Both the position numbers and the translations under genes were made by a program. The notes under the pieces were generated by a model. The model worked only from the letters and a program-made list of their open reading frames with translations, did no database searches and was not told the DNA's origin. From Catajapyx aquilonaris (lineage: Eukaryota): 64,000 nucleotides of DNA. Below are positions 1 to 12,300 of this stretch, in pieces (position 1 is the first letter of the stretch; each line of letters opens with the position of its first letter). The stretch spans positions 1 to 64,000 of the forward strand of contig JYFJ02001995.1 of assembly GCA_000934665.2 (NCBI GenBank). The letters run 5' to 3'.

Positions 1-548
1 ACCGGCAACTTCACTTCCCCTCCCACCACCGGTTGAACCGGAAGTACAGGGGGCTGCATCACCGGTACGATAACACTCGTACCATTTTGTGACGTAACAA
101 CGTCACTATGGCCACATTGTTGCGTCTGCAACAATGCACCGCCGACAGCAGCCGGCACAGTGGACACCACCGGTACACTTTGTGCCGCAGGCAATATGGC
201 ACTTTGCGCCAAAGCCTGTTCCTCCAAACCGGAAGTCGATTGACCACCCTGGTTCGGTGCAGACACACTCGGAAGCACAACTCCCGGTGTACTGCTAGTG
301 CTTGCTGAACAAGCTCCGGACATGTCCGCAAGCTTGCCCTGCAATGCTGCTAGTAATGCAACCTTGTCAGCAAGGTTGTCCACTCCTAGCAGAGCACGTA
401 TCTGCTCATCAGGATCAACAATTGCAGATCCCGAATGCGCATTCTGGTCTTGGAGGATGAGCCCATCCCCCTCGACCTGCTCCGGCGAAGGCGGCGGGTG
501 ACCCCCACCCTGCCCGCCAACACCTCCCAGCTCACCCCCGTCCGCCAT
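1..548 (-). CDS. N-terminal part of a putative Gag (ORF1) protein; continues beyond window start
   Basis: ATG at 548-546 in context CAAGATGGCG. 182 codons with no stop to position 1: MADGGELGGVGGQGGGHPPPSPEQVEGDGLILQDQNAHSGSAIVDPDEQIRALLGVDNLADKVALLAALQGKLADMSG...QPVVGGEVKLP. Absent from the ORF track because no stop lies in the window. Gag identity is inferred from position after the PBS, not from a motif. Confidence 0.75.
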   Translation of the reverse strand, partial: MADGGELGGVGGQGGGHPPPSPEQVEGDGLILQDQNAHSGSAIVDPDEQIRALLGVDNLADKVALLAALQGKLADMSGACSASTSSTPGVVLPSVSAPNQGGQSTSGLEEQALAQSAILPAAQSVPVVSTVPAAVGGALLQTQQCGHSDVVTSQNGTSVIVPVMQPPVLPVQPVVGGEVKLP

Positions 549-626
549 CTTGCGAGCGGGAGTAGCCCGCAACCTACCCCTCCAAGTGTTGTCCGTCACC
601 GGGCACGTTTGCACCCGGATTTTTAG

Positions 627-639
627 ACGTTGGGCGCCA
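627..639 (-). promoter_or_regulatory. Primer-binding site complementary to the 3' end of tRNA-Lys(CTT)
   Basis: TGGCGCCCAACGT matches the first 13 nt of the known Lys1,2 PBS TGGCGCCCAACGTGGGGC and sits 3 nt from a CA LTR end. Confidence 0.9.
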
Positions 640-642
640 TAT

Positions 643-883
643 TGTCATGAACCCCCACCTGCGGGGTCCCTGGCTCCGTACTAGCTCACGGGTTCAATCA
701 AACACGGACACCGGATGAGGTATAAATGTAACTGTATTTGGCCACAGGCCCGCCTGCACAGTCGCAAAGCGGGGAAGGGAATGTTATATCGGGGAAGGGA
801 AAGGGAAGAAGGCGAACCCCCTCCTCCGACATGGTTGCCACTTTCCCGGCCACCACGTGGCGGAGTTGCCACATGGTGTCACA
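643..883 (-). repeat. 5' LTR (outer boundary uncertain: 883, alternative 1151)
   Basis: Minus strand TGTGACA...TCATGACA (TG..CA ends), TATA-like GATATAAC near 783-790, AATACA poly(A)-like signal near 733-738. Homopolymer-rich host-like sequence starts soon after 883. A second possible TGTAAC start lies at 1151. Confidence 0.65.
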
Positions 884-1251
884 AGACCCACCATAGTTTG
901 GGTTGGGGGAAAAAAAAAAGTGGTCGCACACTTTTCGCCATCACCGAAATTCGAGCCCAAAGTGGATTCTCCACAACCCCGCGAGAACCCGAATGTTCCT
1001 TCCCCGCGGGCCCAAAGCAAATGGCTGTCATTCCCCTTATTGGCTCCAATGACTCGACACCAATTTTCACTTCCAATACAAACAGTCTAATCGAGTGGAT
1101 TAGGACCACTGGCGCTCCAAAAAATGAACTTGCGGGTAACCAGACGTTACAGTGATGCGAAATTGAAATTTCTCTGATAATAATTAACAAGAAACCATGT
1201 GTCAGATCGGCTTATGAGGCAAAAATTTGGATGGACTAACTTTCCTTCCGG

Positions 1252-1309
1252 GCGGATACACACATATCCTTCAGCGGATGCAGGCATATCTTCAGCGGAT
1301 ACAAGCCTA
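1252..1309. repeat. Short tandem repeat, ~21-22 bp x ~3
   Basis: GCGGATACACACATATCCTTCA / GCGGATGCAGGCATATCTTCA / GCGGATACAAGCCTAT. Confidence 0.7.
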
Positions 1310-2180
1310 TGAAAGTAGGTAAAGTGCGGCGCGGCGTCTCTCGAAGTGCGAGCATGTCAGTGCATGTACCGTCTCAAAGTCAGTATAGTGCCTCCTGAAC
1401 TAGTTTGGCCTAAACTTCTGCCTATAATTTTGCTCCATACTTTTCATCTATGTTATCAAATCAGCCCTTAAACCAAGCAAACTCCTCCAGCCAAAAATGA
1501 TGAAACCGCAACATTTGGCTGTCAAGACGCTTCCACCGCACTTGGAAGCACTTGGCGAGTTAATTAGGCCGCAGGAAATCCTCAATGGGCGACATTGTTA
1601 ATTAGCAGGCGCGTATTGGAAGCGAGTCAGTAAACTGCTTCTAGACAGACGTGACTCCAGGCGTTTGGAAGGAAACCTCCCCCCCCCCCCTCCCCTTGAT
1701 ATCCGGGGGATTGCGGCTTTGACCTTTTGCCCAAAGAACCTTCTCTCCCTCCCCAATATTCATCTGGACGCCTTCAAAATTGGAAGCGCGCTCTCTTGAA
1801 TAAGCCCCATAGGCACGCAGCCCCATGTAATTGCGAATTACACCAGACGAGCTTGCTTTAATGTGACTGACTGGGCCAGATGGTATGGAGGGGGCCAACA
1901 ACTGTGCACGCCCTTAGGCTCTCTTACTTACTCCATTACAATCGTGCCACAGTTTCAGAGGAATGATCACGTCTTTTTCTGCAACTGGTCACGATTTTGT
2001 GACTCATTCAGTATGGAAAAAAAATTTGTTTTTGTCAGTGACCAACAGACACATGGAATCCGTAATTACGTCGTTTAGAAGCATAAGAGTGGCGTAGAAC
2101 CCTGTGTGCCATAATAAAGCTGGGGGTAAGTGGAAGCAGCCATCCAGAATTGAAGCTGGAATGCCACTCACCCAACTAAA

Positions 2181-2250
2181 CTGTGAGCGGAAGAGGGAAA
2201 AAGAGCCCGCGGCTGCCTATACCGAATTAGTCATCCTCTATTTTACTTAC
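2181..2250 (-). other. Candidate 70-nt spliceosomal intron
   Basis: AGG|GTAAGT donor, ACTAAT branch-like motif, acceptor CTCTTTTTCCCTCTTCCGCTCACAG|. Confidence 0.35.
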
Positions 2251-3055
2251 CCTTTGAAGCCCCCCTGTGTTTACCCCAGGGAGTCATAACGGTTAAACAT
2301 GCTAGTTTAGAATGCAATTCACTTTTATCCTCTAGCTCTCTACGATACTCAGGCCCGTATGCTGGCGGGCCTGCAAAAAAAAAAAGTGGCGAGAGAAGTC
2401 GATATTGGATGCTAGGGCTGCCTTTTCCCTGTGCTCTTGCGCCTGATTTCTCTTTGACATAATGACGGAGAATCGCATTGTATTATTCGCTAGTTCACCA
2501 TTTGGAATGGCCGCCAAGCAGTATCCAAAACCAGGCACGTGCGTCCTTCTTCGGACAATTTGACTTGAACAATTGGGCCTTACCACTATACGACAAAGGC
2601 AATAAAATTAACGAGGACACTTGTGACACACTAGTACAAATTCAATCGTACAAACGGTATAAAATATCTCCAAAAAAAATTCGACCCCACTGCCCCNCCC
2701 CCCCCCCCCAGCAGCTCAGCCCGAGTTTATCACCTCTCTTGTAGCCTTCCAGCCAGTTTTTTTTCTAGTAAACAAAAGCCTCCCATTTAATGTGCAATCG
2801 TCAGCAGCCACCCCACCTGGCCCGCCCAATTTGCAAAGCAATCCCTCGAGGGCCGAATCCCTGACACAGGAAATCAGTGCAGGAGCCAACTGATCTTGTT
2901 TTAGGCCACCCCCTCGATGCTGGGGGGGTAACCCAGCTGGAACCATCTACTGGGATGTACGGTCCAATATTGTCCATTTTTTGGAAAGAATTAGGCCTGT
3001 CCTACAGTGTAATTCATGTAGCGATTCTGGAGGTGGTACATTGTAACCGTCTACT

Positions 3056-3122
3056 GTACTGACTTGTAGACAGCTGATCGTTCAGATATACTGACTTGAA
3101 AATGGTACTGACTTGTAGACAG
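3056..3122. repeat. Local direct repeat
   Basis: GTACTGACTTGTAGACAG at 3056-3073 and 3105-3122, with a partial copy (TACTGACTTG) between them. Confidence 0.75.
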
Positions 3123-4885
3123 TACTTGCTGATTAGCATCTCAAGTCGGTACATACAGTGCAGTAGTGTCATAATAAATATTTGCCAATTAAATTCCTAG
3201 ATATAATGAAGTGTGGATAAAAATAATGATTTGACGCAAGACCCTGCCCCTTCGTTTTTCTTGGTAAAAAAAAAAAAATCTTCTCCGGGCAAAGAAGCTC
3301 CAGAAGGTGAAATGGTTTCCCCAGCGACGCCTTCCGCATACAAATCCCTGCTTGCCGATGAGTTATGATTTCACTCGACTCCGTGGCAGATGGTGTGCCC
3401 ACCCCACCGAATTGCAACGTTTAGGGAGTAACCAAGTCTCTATCCCCTCCCACCCCTACTTTAATCCCCACCCTGTAGCCTGGATTATGTGACACCACCC
3501 TAGATATGCCAATGTGTAAAAAAAACACATACCATCTGCACCAAAAGGTGGCAAAAAATATATATTTGCGGATATAGTAATTTTAGCCTACAGTTATGAC
3601 ACGTGCAGCTGTTATCTAATAACAATCCAGTTGAGACCCACTGATTGATTGCATTTAGCCGCACAGACTAATTAAATGATTATTGAAACGGACACAGATA
3701 TTATAGCTTAATTATATAATATAATATGAAAGCGCATTAACTCGATTCCTGAATACGCCTAGTTGCGTAATTATAGTATTTTAATTAACTGGGGCTTATA
3801 CAGTGTGGCCAAATAGTGTATAGGCCGCTGATACATGAACCTATTTTTAAGGACGGTTCACAATGAAACGCGTTGACATAATTACAGTTTAACGGTGTAC
3901 ACCACAACTCGGCCCATAATTTATATTTCCACTTATTAAGGCCCGGGTTTTATGGCGTTTGATGTGTTAACTGAATTTGCATATCCAGTTACGGGCAGGT
4001 TAAAACGTGATTATAATAAATCCCGTAAAATTACATCCAAATATTGAAAATATCGCATGGAACAGCTTGTTCAATAAACTCGAAATGATTGTTTTAAAAA
4101 TACTGTACCGGTATATGGAAAGTAATTTTTAGTAAAAATCTCAACCACAAAATGGGGTGAAAATTTCCTCATATTAATATACTATGTAGTAGTGAATTAC
4201 CCAAACGGCAAAGTTCAACATCAAGAACAATGGGTGGAAACACAACTCAAACCGAGCCAAAACCCACTCAAAATATTTGAGCGTCCAGACGCTACAAAAT
4301 AGCAGTAATATCTCGTTACAATCCCAAACAAAAAGCAATTACTTTCCACTTATTAGAGTCGCCTATGTGCCGGAATACTATGCACGCAATGTTATTTTCA
4401 GCGGATGCTCTTTGAACCTGTGTGGAAAAGAAACATGACCCCGCACACACTCTCGCTCTCTTTTTTACCAAGCCGCAGTTTCATTTTTACCAGCTGCATA
4501 GTTTCACCCACTCCAAGTACTTTATACGGCCCTGTTACTCTATACACTTATGAAGGATGATCGCTGTAACAGTACTTTGCCTACCGCGCATTGTGGGCTG
4601 GGCGAAACCAGAGTCCAGGGCGTCCACTTGGAACCTGATTCCTGATGATGAGAAGTCGAGAATCATCCGAGAGGACAAAACTTCAACCAGTGCAGCTGAC
4701 ACCTCCGCCAGCAAAAGGATCATCTCACTTGAAAACTGCTGCCTGTGATTTATCAACCAACCTTTTGTTACACTGCCACACCATTTTTGGTTATACGCTA
4801 CAATGGAGTCGTTCACATTGTCAAAAATATTGTGGAAAAATATTTGAGAAAAATTGCACAAACGTATATCATATTGAATATGTTT

Positions 4886-4926
4886 ATGCACCTTCCTGCA
4901 TAATATTGATGCACCTTCCTGCATAA
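4886..4926. repeat. 18-bp direct repeat, 23-bp period
   Basis: ATGCACCTTCCTGCATAA at 4886-4903 and 4909-4926. Confidence 0.8.
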
Positions 4927-7164
4927 AAATCACGAATCTAATAAATAATTTTAAGCATTTCAGTGCACCCATACTCACTGTAATTAGTAAGTATCCTACA
5001 CCTGTCTGCAGTACTATCGCACTTGACTTCAGACGCAACACTGTATAGTGAATATACGCCTGAATCAGATTCCATGTCAGATTTCAACTACCCCCCCTAA
5101 GAACAAAATTGCAAAATGATCGCCTCGGCAATCGCAGCCCATCTGTGAATTCCCCGCCGCTTTTGAGCGCACCTCTCAATTAACTCAAAGGCGCATTTGA
5201 ACCTTGCTTCAAACTGCGCACTATGCTATCTCAAGCTTCCATGGAAACACGCTCAATTGATTCCCATACTTAGATGGAAAAGAGGGGGAAACCGACCGAA
5301 TAAATGTCAAACGTGCGAATGTCGGATTCGAGAAAAAAAAATATTCCGGATTTTGTTATATATCCAGGTTAGATCCCTCTCTTTTTTTAAAAAAAAAAAA
5401 GGTAGAAGCGCCGGCGCCAGAACCTCTTTTGCTGCTGCACTTGGCAGATTCCATCCTTCTCTGGGAGCCCTCCCACCGTGAGTACGTGTGATCGTCTCCC
5501 GTTGCAGACATTAGGAAAGCCCTAAAAGCACTTCTTCCCAGATTGTAAGGCAATGGAAGGGTCATCTTGCCCCCACTCCACTCTTTTCCCTTCGGGAGAA
5601 AAGAGAACGAAAAGAGGGAGGGCTAAAAAGAGAGTTGGGACTAAAAAAGAAGAAGAGAGAAAAAAAAGGCAGCTTCTCTTATCCTGAGCTGGCGTTCAAT
5701 AATTTTTTTTTCTATGGTGCCGGATTTTTAAGCCGTTTTGAGTGGGACAAGCAAAAATACTATCAATGCTGACTCCTTGGATGTCGATTATGAGTGACGG
5801 CTGGAGTAAAAGGAGTCCGGATTTTTTCTTCTTCTTCTCTATGACCTAATAGGTGGTGACAGAATTACTTACATGCTTTCATTTTTTTACGACCATAAGC
5901 TCTAAGCATGTAATTCCATATGGGACTAAAACTTGGAATAATAATAATAATAACTGCATATTGAAGCGGCCAATTCCAAAAAATCTAAATGTTATTAAAA
6001 TTCAGTGCCAGCATTATGCAATTAATTATGTAATATTGCCTTTTCGTACATCATTCCTCCTTCCGTCCTTTAAAAAAAGTGAATTACAAAATCTGCTTCA
6101 AATTTTCCTCAGGACTGATCACAAATTCCCATAGAGACCGTACCCTTTATTACGTCTACAAAACTAGAACTTCTTATAGCCAGAGTATGATTAATTCACA
6201 TGACGCATACTTGCAAATGTAAGGACGACCATAGTCATACTTTGCTCAAAATTCAGTCTGCACGTTAATGTGGTCTTCAAATCTAATTTTGCAAACATTT
6301 CAGGCTTAAATCTGACAAAAAAAACGTATTTATTTTAAACTTTCAACTCTGCGGAAAATCAGTAAACCTCTCGGGCAATTGCCATCACACATAACAGTAA
6401 CGTCCTGTTAGCACTCATGCAACTTTAACAAAAGCTAATAGCTACACTCACGTCAATGCAATAGTGTCATACCCCCCACACAAAACGCCTCATGCAAACT
6501 GTAAAGCCTAGTGTCATTTTTCACAGCCGGTAAACCCGACACGCACCTCAATACACTTCCGCTGATAACGAGCAAAGTCGTCAAAATACCTTCGCGTCAC
6601 CACTTTCCACAACCTTGAGTCATCGTCAATCGTCACCCCCTTCAAGACATGCGTCGCGTGGAGTTTTAAAATAAATCGTCCAATATACACGCACAATGAT
6701 TCAGATCCTAACTTAAACACAGAATCTCCCACTTTGATCCCTCCCTATAGAAATGAGTAGAAAATAAACAAATGTTCCACTCTGCGTGATTAGCTCCTCT
6801 TCAATAGGCATCGTTATGCGGCTGGGGACGATAAGTGGTTGGCGGTTGGTTGGAAAGGGGGGGGAGGACTGGATAACTCACGCCCTGTGTTATAAGCTTA
6901 TCTGAGACGTTATAAATGCGAAGCCGCCACCAGCTGCGTATCACTCAAAATAATTTATCGCTTCATACATTAATGGGCCCCCCACCAAATAAAGTGGAAT
7001 TGTACAGACCCGATTTTTTTTATATACTAGAGCGTACTACTTATCCTGATTGTTCAGAGCAACCCGCAATGCTGGTGTTCACCAGGAAGCATGCTCTCAG
7101 GATACACCTAATATATCCATGAGAAATCTGGATATTTACCACTGTAAAGGTAATGTCCGCTTTG

Positions 7165-7190
7165 TTTCATCCTAGCATGATGCAACCCAA
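7165..7190 (+). repeat. Dispersed 26-bp repeat (copy 1)
   Basis: TTTCATCCTAGCATGATGCAACCCAA, identical to 47611-47636. Confidence 0.85.
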
Positions 7191-8226
7191 CAAACAGGCT
7201 TTGAATAATTATGCCGCTATCGGTAATAGAGGTATAGGAGCCGAAATATGGCAACGCTCTATGGTAAAGTCCATTTAGACCTTACAATTCGCAATGAGCC
7301 ATCAGCATGTAAACGAAATATTTGCTTTGAATTATCTTTATGAAGTTCGTGTATGCTCACAAAAATATGTTTGAAAAAAAATGGTGTGGGTTATATGAGC
7401 AGGGGAGGCATTATTGCAGAATGACTTTTGGAGTTCCCTCCCATTCCCCCAATGCACATTCACCACCCCTCCACACCCCCCGAAAAACCCAACGCTTGTC
7501 GATGGGTCGGGGCAGCGGCCGCGACAAGCCCCCAGAGAAGGGTATTAGCCCCCTCTGCCTGCCCATTTTTTATTATATTGCCGTTATCTTCTCAAAGGCA
7601 TACACGGCTTGCTCATTATTGCGACACAAAAACCCACTCGTTACATACAGCGCATTGGCAGTGGTGATGATCCATTTGAATGGTGTGGAGGGTGGTAGGG
7701 GGATGGGGGTTTGGGGGGGAGAGAGTGCACCCCTTTATACACGCGCATACCAGAAAACATACTTGCTGTAATAGTTTTGGTCAAGCCGATTAGTTGCAAC
7801 AAGAGAAGTGGTTTCCCATTGTGAGCGGGTTCTCGGATACACAGAAAGCTAATTATGCGTCCTTTGCTCGGTTGTGCAGCAATCGCGTTAGCGGCCTATT
7901 GAAGGTTAGCTTTTAGCCCTGTATACACGGCTACGGTATTTGAGCAGCGCATGTAAACTTGCCCTAATAATACGGTAATTGAGATATTGTGCCTCTCTGT
8001 AACGGAGTGCCCCCTCCCCCTCCACCTCGCTTATGATTGCCAAGCACCAAAGCTGGCCACAATCGCCCTGATTCAAATGTGGCTTATGAAGCGGAACAAC
8101 CCCTACTTTTGTTTCATATACGATTATATTGCGGACCTAACCACCCTCGTACATTCACCTTTATATTTCATGCAATTCGCCGCTTTGTACTGGATTCCAC
8201 AAAGTTTAGCCAGAGTATATACTCAC

Positions 8227-8271
8227 CAGATAGCTGTGATGCTGCAATCGGCTGGATTATTCGCAGGAGAT
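8227..8271 (-). other. Candidate 45-nt internal exon
   Basis: Acceptor TTTTTCTGCTCATTTCAG| and donor CTG|GTGAGTAT. Length is a multiple of 3 and two frames are open (SPANNPADCSITAI or LLRIIQPIAASQLS). Confidence 0.45.
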
Positions 8272-9166
8272 CTGAAATGAGCAGAAAAACTAGTCAGCAC
8301 AACCATTAATGAAGACAACATTTTTTTCCAATAAATAATTTTGCATGTACATGTATAGTTTCACATCTTGTAAGATGGCATTGCGGCTGTCACATCATTT
8401 CTCTACAACGCAACAGTCATGCTAATTTGTAATCACCAGTTTTTTTTTATTATCCCTCCTTCCTGAGAACCGGACACCAATCGTCTCAAGCTCCTTGTAA
8501 GGCAGTCGCAACACCTGTCTCCTCGACAATTACACCAGAGCTACCCCTCATTAAAAAAATATTCTACCCATTGCCGACTCATGTCATTAACGAGCAAACC
8601 GGCACCATCATCGCGGCAGTAAAAAGAGCCTTGATTCTTAAACCCCCTTCCCATCTCATAATTACATTCATGACATTGCCTTCTCAAGACATTTTATGCA
8701 ACGACGTGTTTTCCTTGAAGCCTTCCGATTTGTCGTTATACATTTCTGGTTTTGAAAATGTATTTTAAAAAAGTTGCTTAACAACTTGCAGAGACAGAAA
8801 AGTTTGATTCCTGCCGGCCTGAATCAATGAGCCTATTATCACTCTAGGAATATAAAAAAAATAGAGCCGGCTTTTATCTCTTATCTTATTCCATTGCTAT
8901 CCTCCTCCCCCCCCCTCCACCCCACCCAACTTTATCATCTCCAGCCTCTTGCAGAAAGTATCCAATTAAAGTGTCAAAAACAGAAATTTATAGGCGGCGT
9001 ATCTTTCATAGAGAATTAAGGCTCCGTAAGTGTACATGACGCCAGAAGGAAACGAATCATCACTTATTTTTAGCATATAAAAAGTAATTTTCTCTCAGCA
9101 GGAGGTCACGTCTTGGGGTCGCCCTTTGCTATGGCAAAACAAGGCGATTCTGATTTACTCTGTTCC

Positions 9167-9308
9167 GCTTTTTTCGACCAAGCTGTCCGCAGCACAAACG
9201 GTAGCAGCTACTCACAATATTAGAAAAGAAGTGGCTATGCTTTTTTTCGACCACGTTGTCCACAGCACAAATGGTGGCAGCTACTGGCAGTATTAGAAAG
9301 CAGTGTTC
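9167..9308. repeat. Diverged tandem duplication, ~72 bp x 2
   Basis: GCTTTTTTCGACCAAGCTGTCCGCAGCACAAACGGTAGCAGCTACT...TATTAGAAA followed by GCTTTTTTTCGACCACGTTGTCCACAGCACAAATGGTGGCAGCTACT...TATTAGAAA. Confidence 0.85.
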
Positions 9309-12300
9309 TGATATATTTTTCCAGAACGATTGACAGCCGGGCCTTTTCTTTACGAGCAGCCTGCAGGAGGAACCAAAAGGGCCTGAGTGTTGGCCCCTAT
9401 CACGGCAAAGAAAGGGCAAAAGGAGCCGGTGCAGCTATACCGGAGCGAAATGGAGGTATTATTATATATGAGAGAGTCTTCCTGGTCCCTCCCCCTCCCC
9501 CCTCCTCTCCTTTTATTGCAGCAGGAGATGAACATCCCGGAGCACATATGGGAGCGCAATTTCAAATTTCAGACGAGGGGAAATTTGACCATCCCCCTCC
9601 CCCTCTTTCCTAGATAAATCTGCACCACCCCACCTCCCTATATACCAGTGCCTCTTGCATGCTTTTCACAGGGACACACAATAGGGCTTGGGTTTGAATT
9701 TCTATGGCTTGAAGAGGACCTTGCCTGATGGGGAAAGGTGAAGTATGCCGCCGAGTGGATATTGGCTGATGGGATTTTAGGCTTATTGCTTTCGGCCATT
9801 CCGGTGTCCTTTCCTCCAGATTCATCTCCCCACACCATGGACCGGATGCTAATTCTTTTTTCATCCGCATGGGAACCGTATGACCACCGATTAGTGTGGC
9901 TCACGCCTGCCACATCCAAACTTTCCCTCCATTTCCCACGAGAATAAAAAAAAATGTTATTACAGCCCCATAGTTGGGGTGGGGGGCGATTTTTAATAAT
10001 CATTGTAGTTGCTGCATTTCGGCGGGGTCAACATAAAAAAGAAGCCCATTGTGCACATTGGCCGCAATTTCCACCACAAAAGAGTTTGCACATGTTGCGG
10101 TGCGGAGTGTGGGGTGGGTGCCCTGCGAATACTTTGCTTTTCCAAAACGATTTTTCATCGATACAGGGGTGCAAGTGAAAAGTGAATGTGTTGGGTGGTT
10201 GTTTTTCGGCTTTAACCGCTGGCTATTCCGCCGCCAATTAGAAGCAAAAAACAATGACGCTAATGTCGCCGCACTTGCAGACTGCATCAAAGGACGCCAT
10301 TTCTGATTAAGTGGATCACCCTTCTGGGTTCTATCGGTTTTGCTCTGTGTGCGAATATATACGCAACCGCAACTAGACCGCATACAAGCTCGATTTTTAT
10401 ATTTAGCAATAGACAGGTTAGACCATGGCACCATACACTGTATACACATGGCATCATTTTTAATTTTTTAATAATTTAATTGATTTTAGTATTTACTCAC
10501 ATCTGACATATTGACAATATGCACTCTCTCCTATAGCAGCGTAAACATTCCTCTTAATGATTCCAGCCAATTTCCCAGGCAGAAATGAACCACAAAGGCA
10601 TCAAAAAGGGATCTAGTCGAATCAGACGCGTGACAAAACACGCCCTCTCTTAAAAATATTGGTCGGAACAGCTTTAAGCCTCCGATTGATTGCGGATCGA
10701 CCCACGGAAGCCGGCCATAAATCTCCGGAGCCCTGCATTTTATAGTGCAAGAGGGGGTAAGGCCAAGTTCGAAAGAAGGAAAAAAAAAGTCGGGGCATCC
10801 GAGGTAAACAAAAAAAAAAGCATTGCTTTGCTTTTGGTTCCAAGAAGAACCCCCCAAACGCTTTGCTTTTGTGGGCAGGAAACGGCCCATCGGCTGTTGG
10901 GGACACGAGTTGACGACATTTTGCTCACCTTCCGGCTTTTCGGACGGGTTCGAATTCAATACGTCGGTGTGCATGGGGATTATAGCCGGAGCTTACAGTC
11001 TGCATGATTTATGCCCTGTACCCCCCCCCCCCCCNNNNNNAGTAGCCTATGAACTTCTATAACCCGAGGCGGCGAGGCTAGGGGCTTGCTTGCTTGCTTT
11101 TCAAAGTAAGAAGAAAGAATATATAGAGAAAAAAAAAGTATCAAGAGAGAGGAGGGGAGGAGGGGGGAGGGAAATGCTACATCTCTCAGAATGGCATGGG
11201 CTAGGAAAAGGGCCAATGCCCCAAACAATAGTGCAGCCGGATATAGGGCCACTCCTGGAAGGGTTTATGTGACACCGCTGCAGGAATTTTTCGACTTTCA
11301 ACTATTTGGAGGGATGTGGCTGAGGATGTAGCGAGCCGGAGGCCGTACCCCTCACAATAACTATTCATCAAAAACTTTATTGGTACTGGAGCGATCCTTA
11401 CAAGGTGCGCTTGTTTCCATCAATATATTACATTCGAATGGCATCATAAATATTATTTTCTCAATTTTGTTCAATTTACTATAGCCTACAGTCGTTTGAA
11501 ACAAAGTTTATTATTGACTCTGCAAGCAATTTCTTGATTGTACAGTGCAACTTATGTCGGTCACTGTCAGTTTCAAGCAAAATTGTCAGGAATAGGGAGG
11601 TGTACAACATGTTAGCGTGTCCAACTTCACGGCATTAAAAAAATATTCAGTCAAATCGACAACACTGACATTTTGATGCCATTTAAGTGAAAAAATGCGA
11701 AAACCACCCATAAAATCATACTTCAAACCAACACAAATTAAAGGTAAAATATGTACTGTAAATACCTATATATACACCCAAATGAATATTTTCCTATACA
11801 TAAGAGGTGACATCAGGTTGATTCCTATCATTTACCATACAAGTTGTTACAGTGTAGCCCCTCTTTCACTAGGGAGTATTTATGCTTACTGTGTTTATAA
11901 AGGAGTCCTCACAAGTTCAGCTGAATAGATTCTTTCATCGCAGCGGGGCCCTACTGTAACCTCATTCAATCTATACAAATTCGGTGCACTTTGACAGGAT
12001 ATCCGCTGTTATGCACATGCAACAATGTAAGCTAACGTCACGCTCTCGACTGAATGACTCGCTTGAACCTTTTCAATTTGAACAACCTCCACCTACAGAA
12101 ATATACGGCTATTGCTTCTCGAATGTTGTCGCGTCACACGTTCCACTTTGCCCAGTCGCGTCTATCGACTTGGCAGTCATCTCGTGGGAGAAGCCTAATA
12201 AAAACACACAAGCAAACAATTGGAATGCCTTTGGCAAGTTTGATCTGCCCTAGCGAAAAGAGAGACCCCCACCAGTTTTTTTTTTCTTCTCTCTCCCAAG

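Larger units (their letters stand above)
1..883 (-). mobile_element. 5' portion of an LTR retrotransposon (probably Ty3/Gypsy), truncated by the window edge
   Basis: Minus-strand order: LTR ending ...TCATGACA, 3-nt spacer ATA, PBS TGGCGCCCAACGT, ~80-nt leader, then an ATG-initiated ORF open to the window edge. Confidence 0.85.

Noticed and set aside
59..626. Track ORFs at 59-331, 108-308, 298-501, 435-626
   Set aside because: Alternative-frame or antisense shadows of the longer open gag-like frame 548->1.
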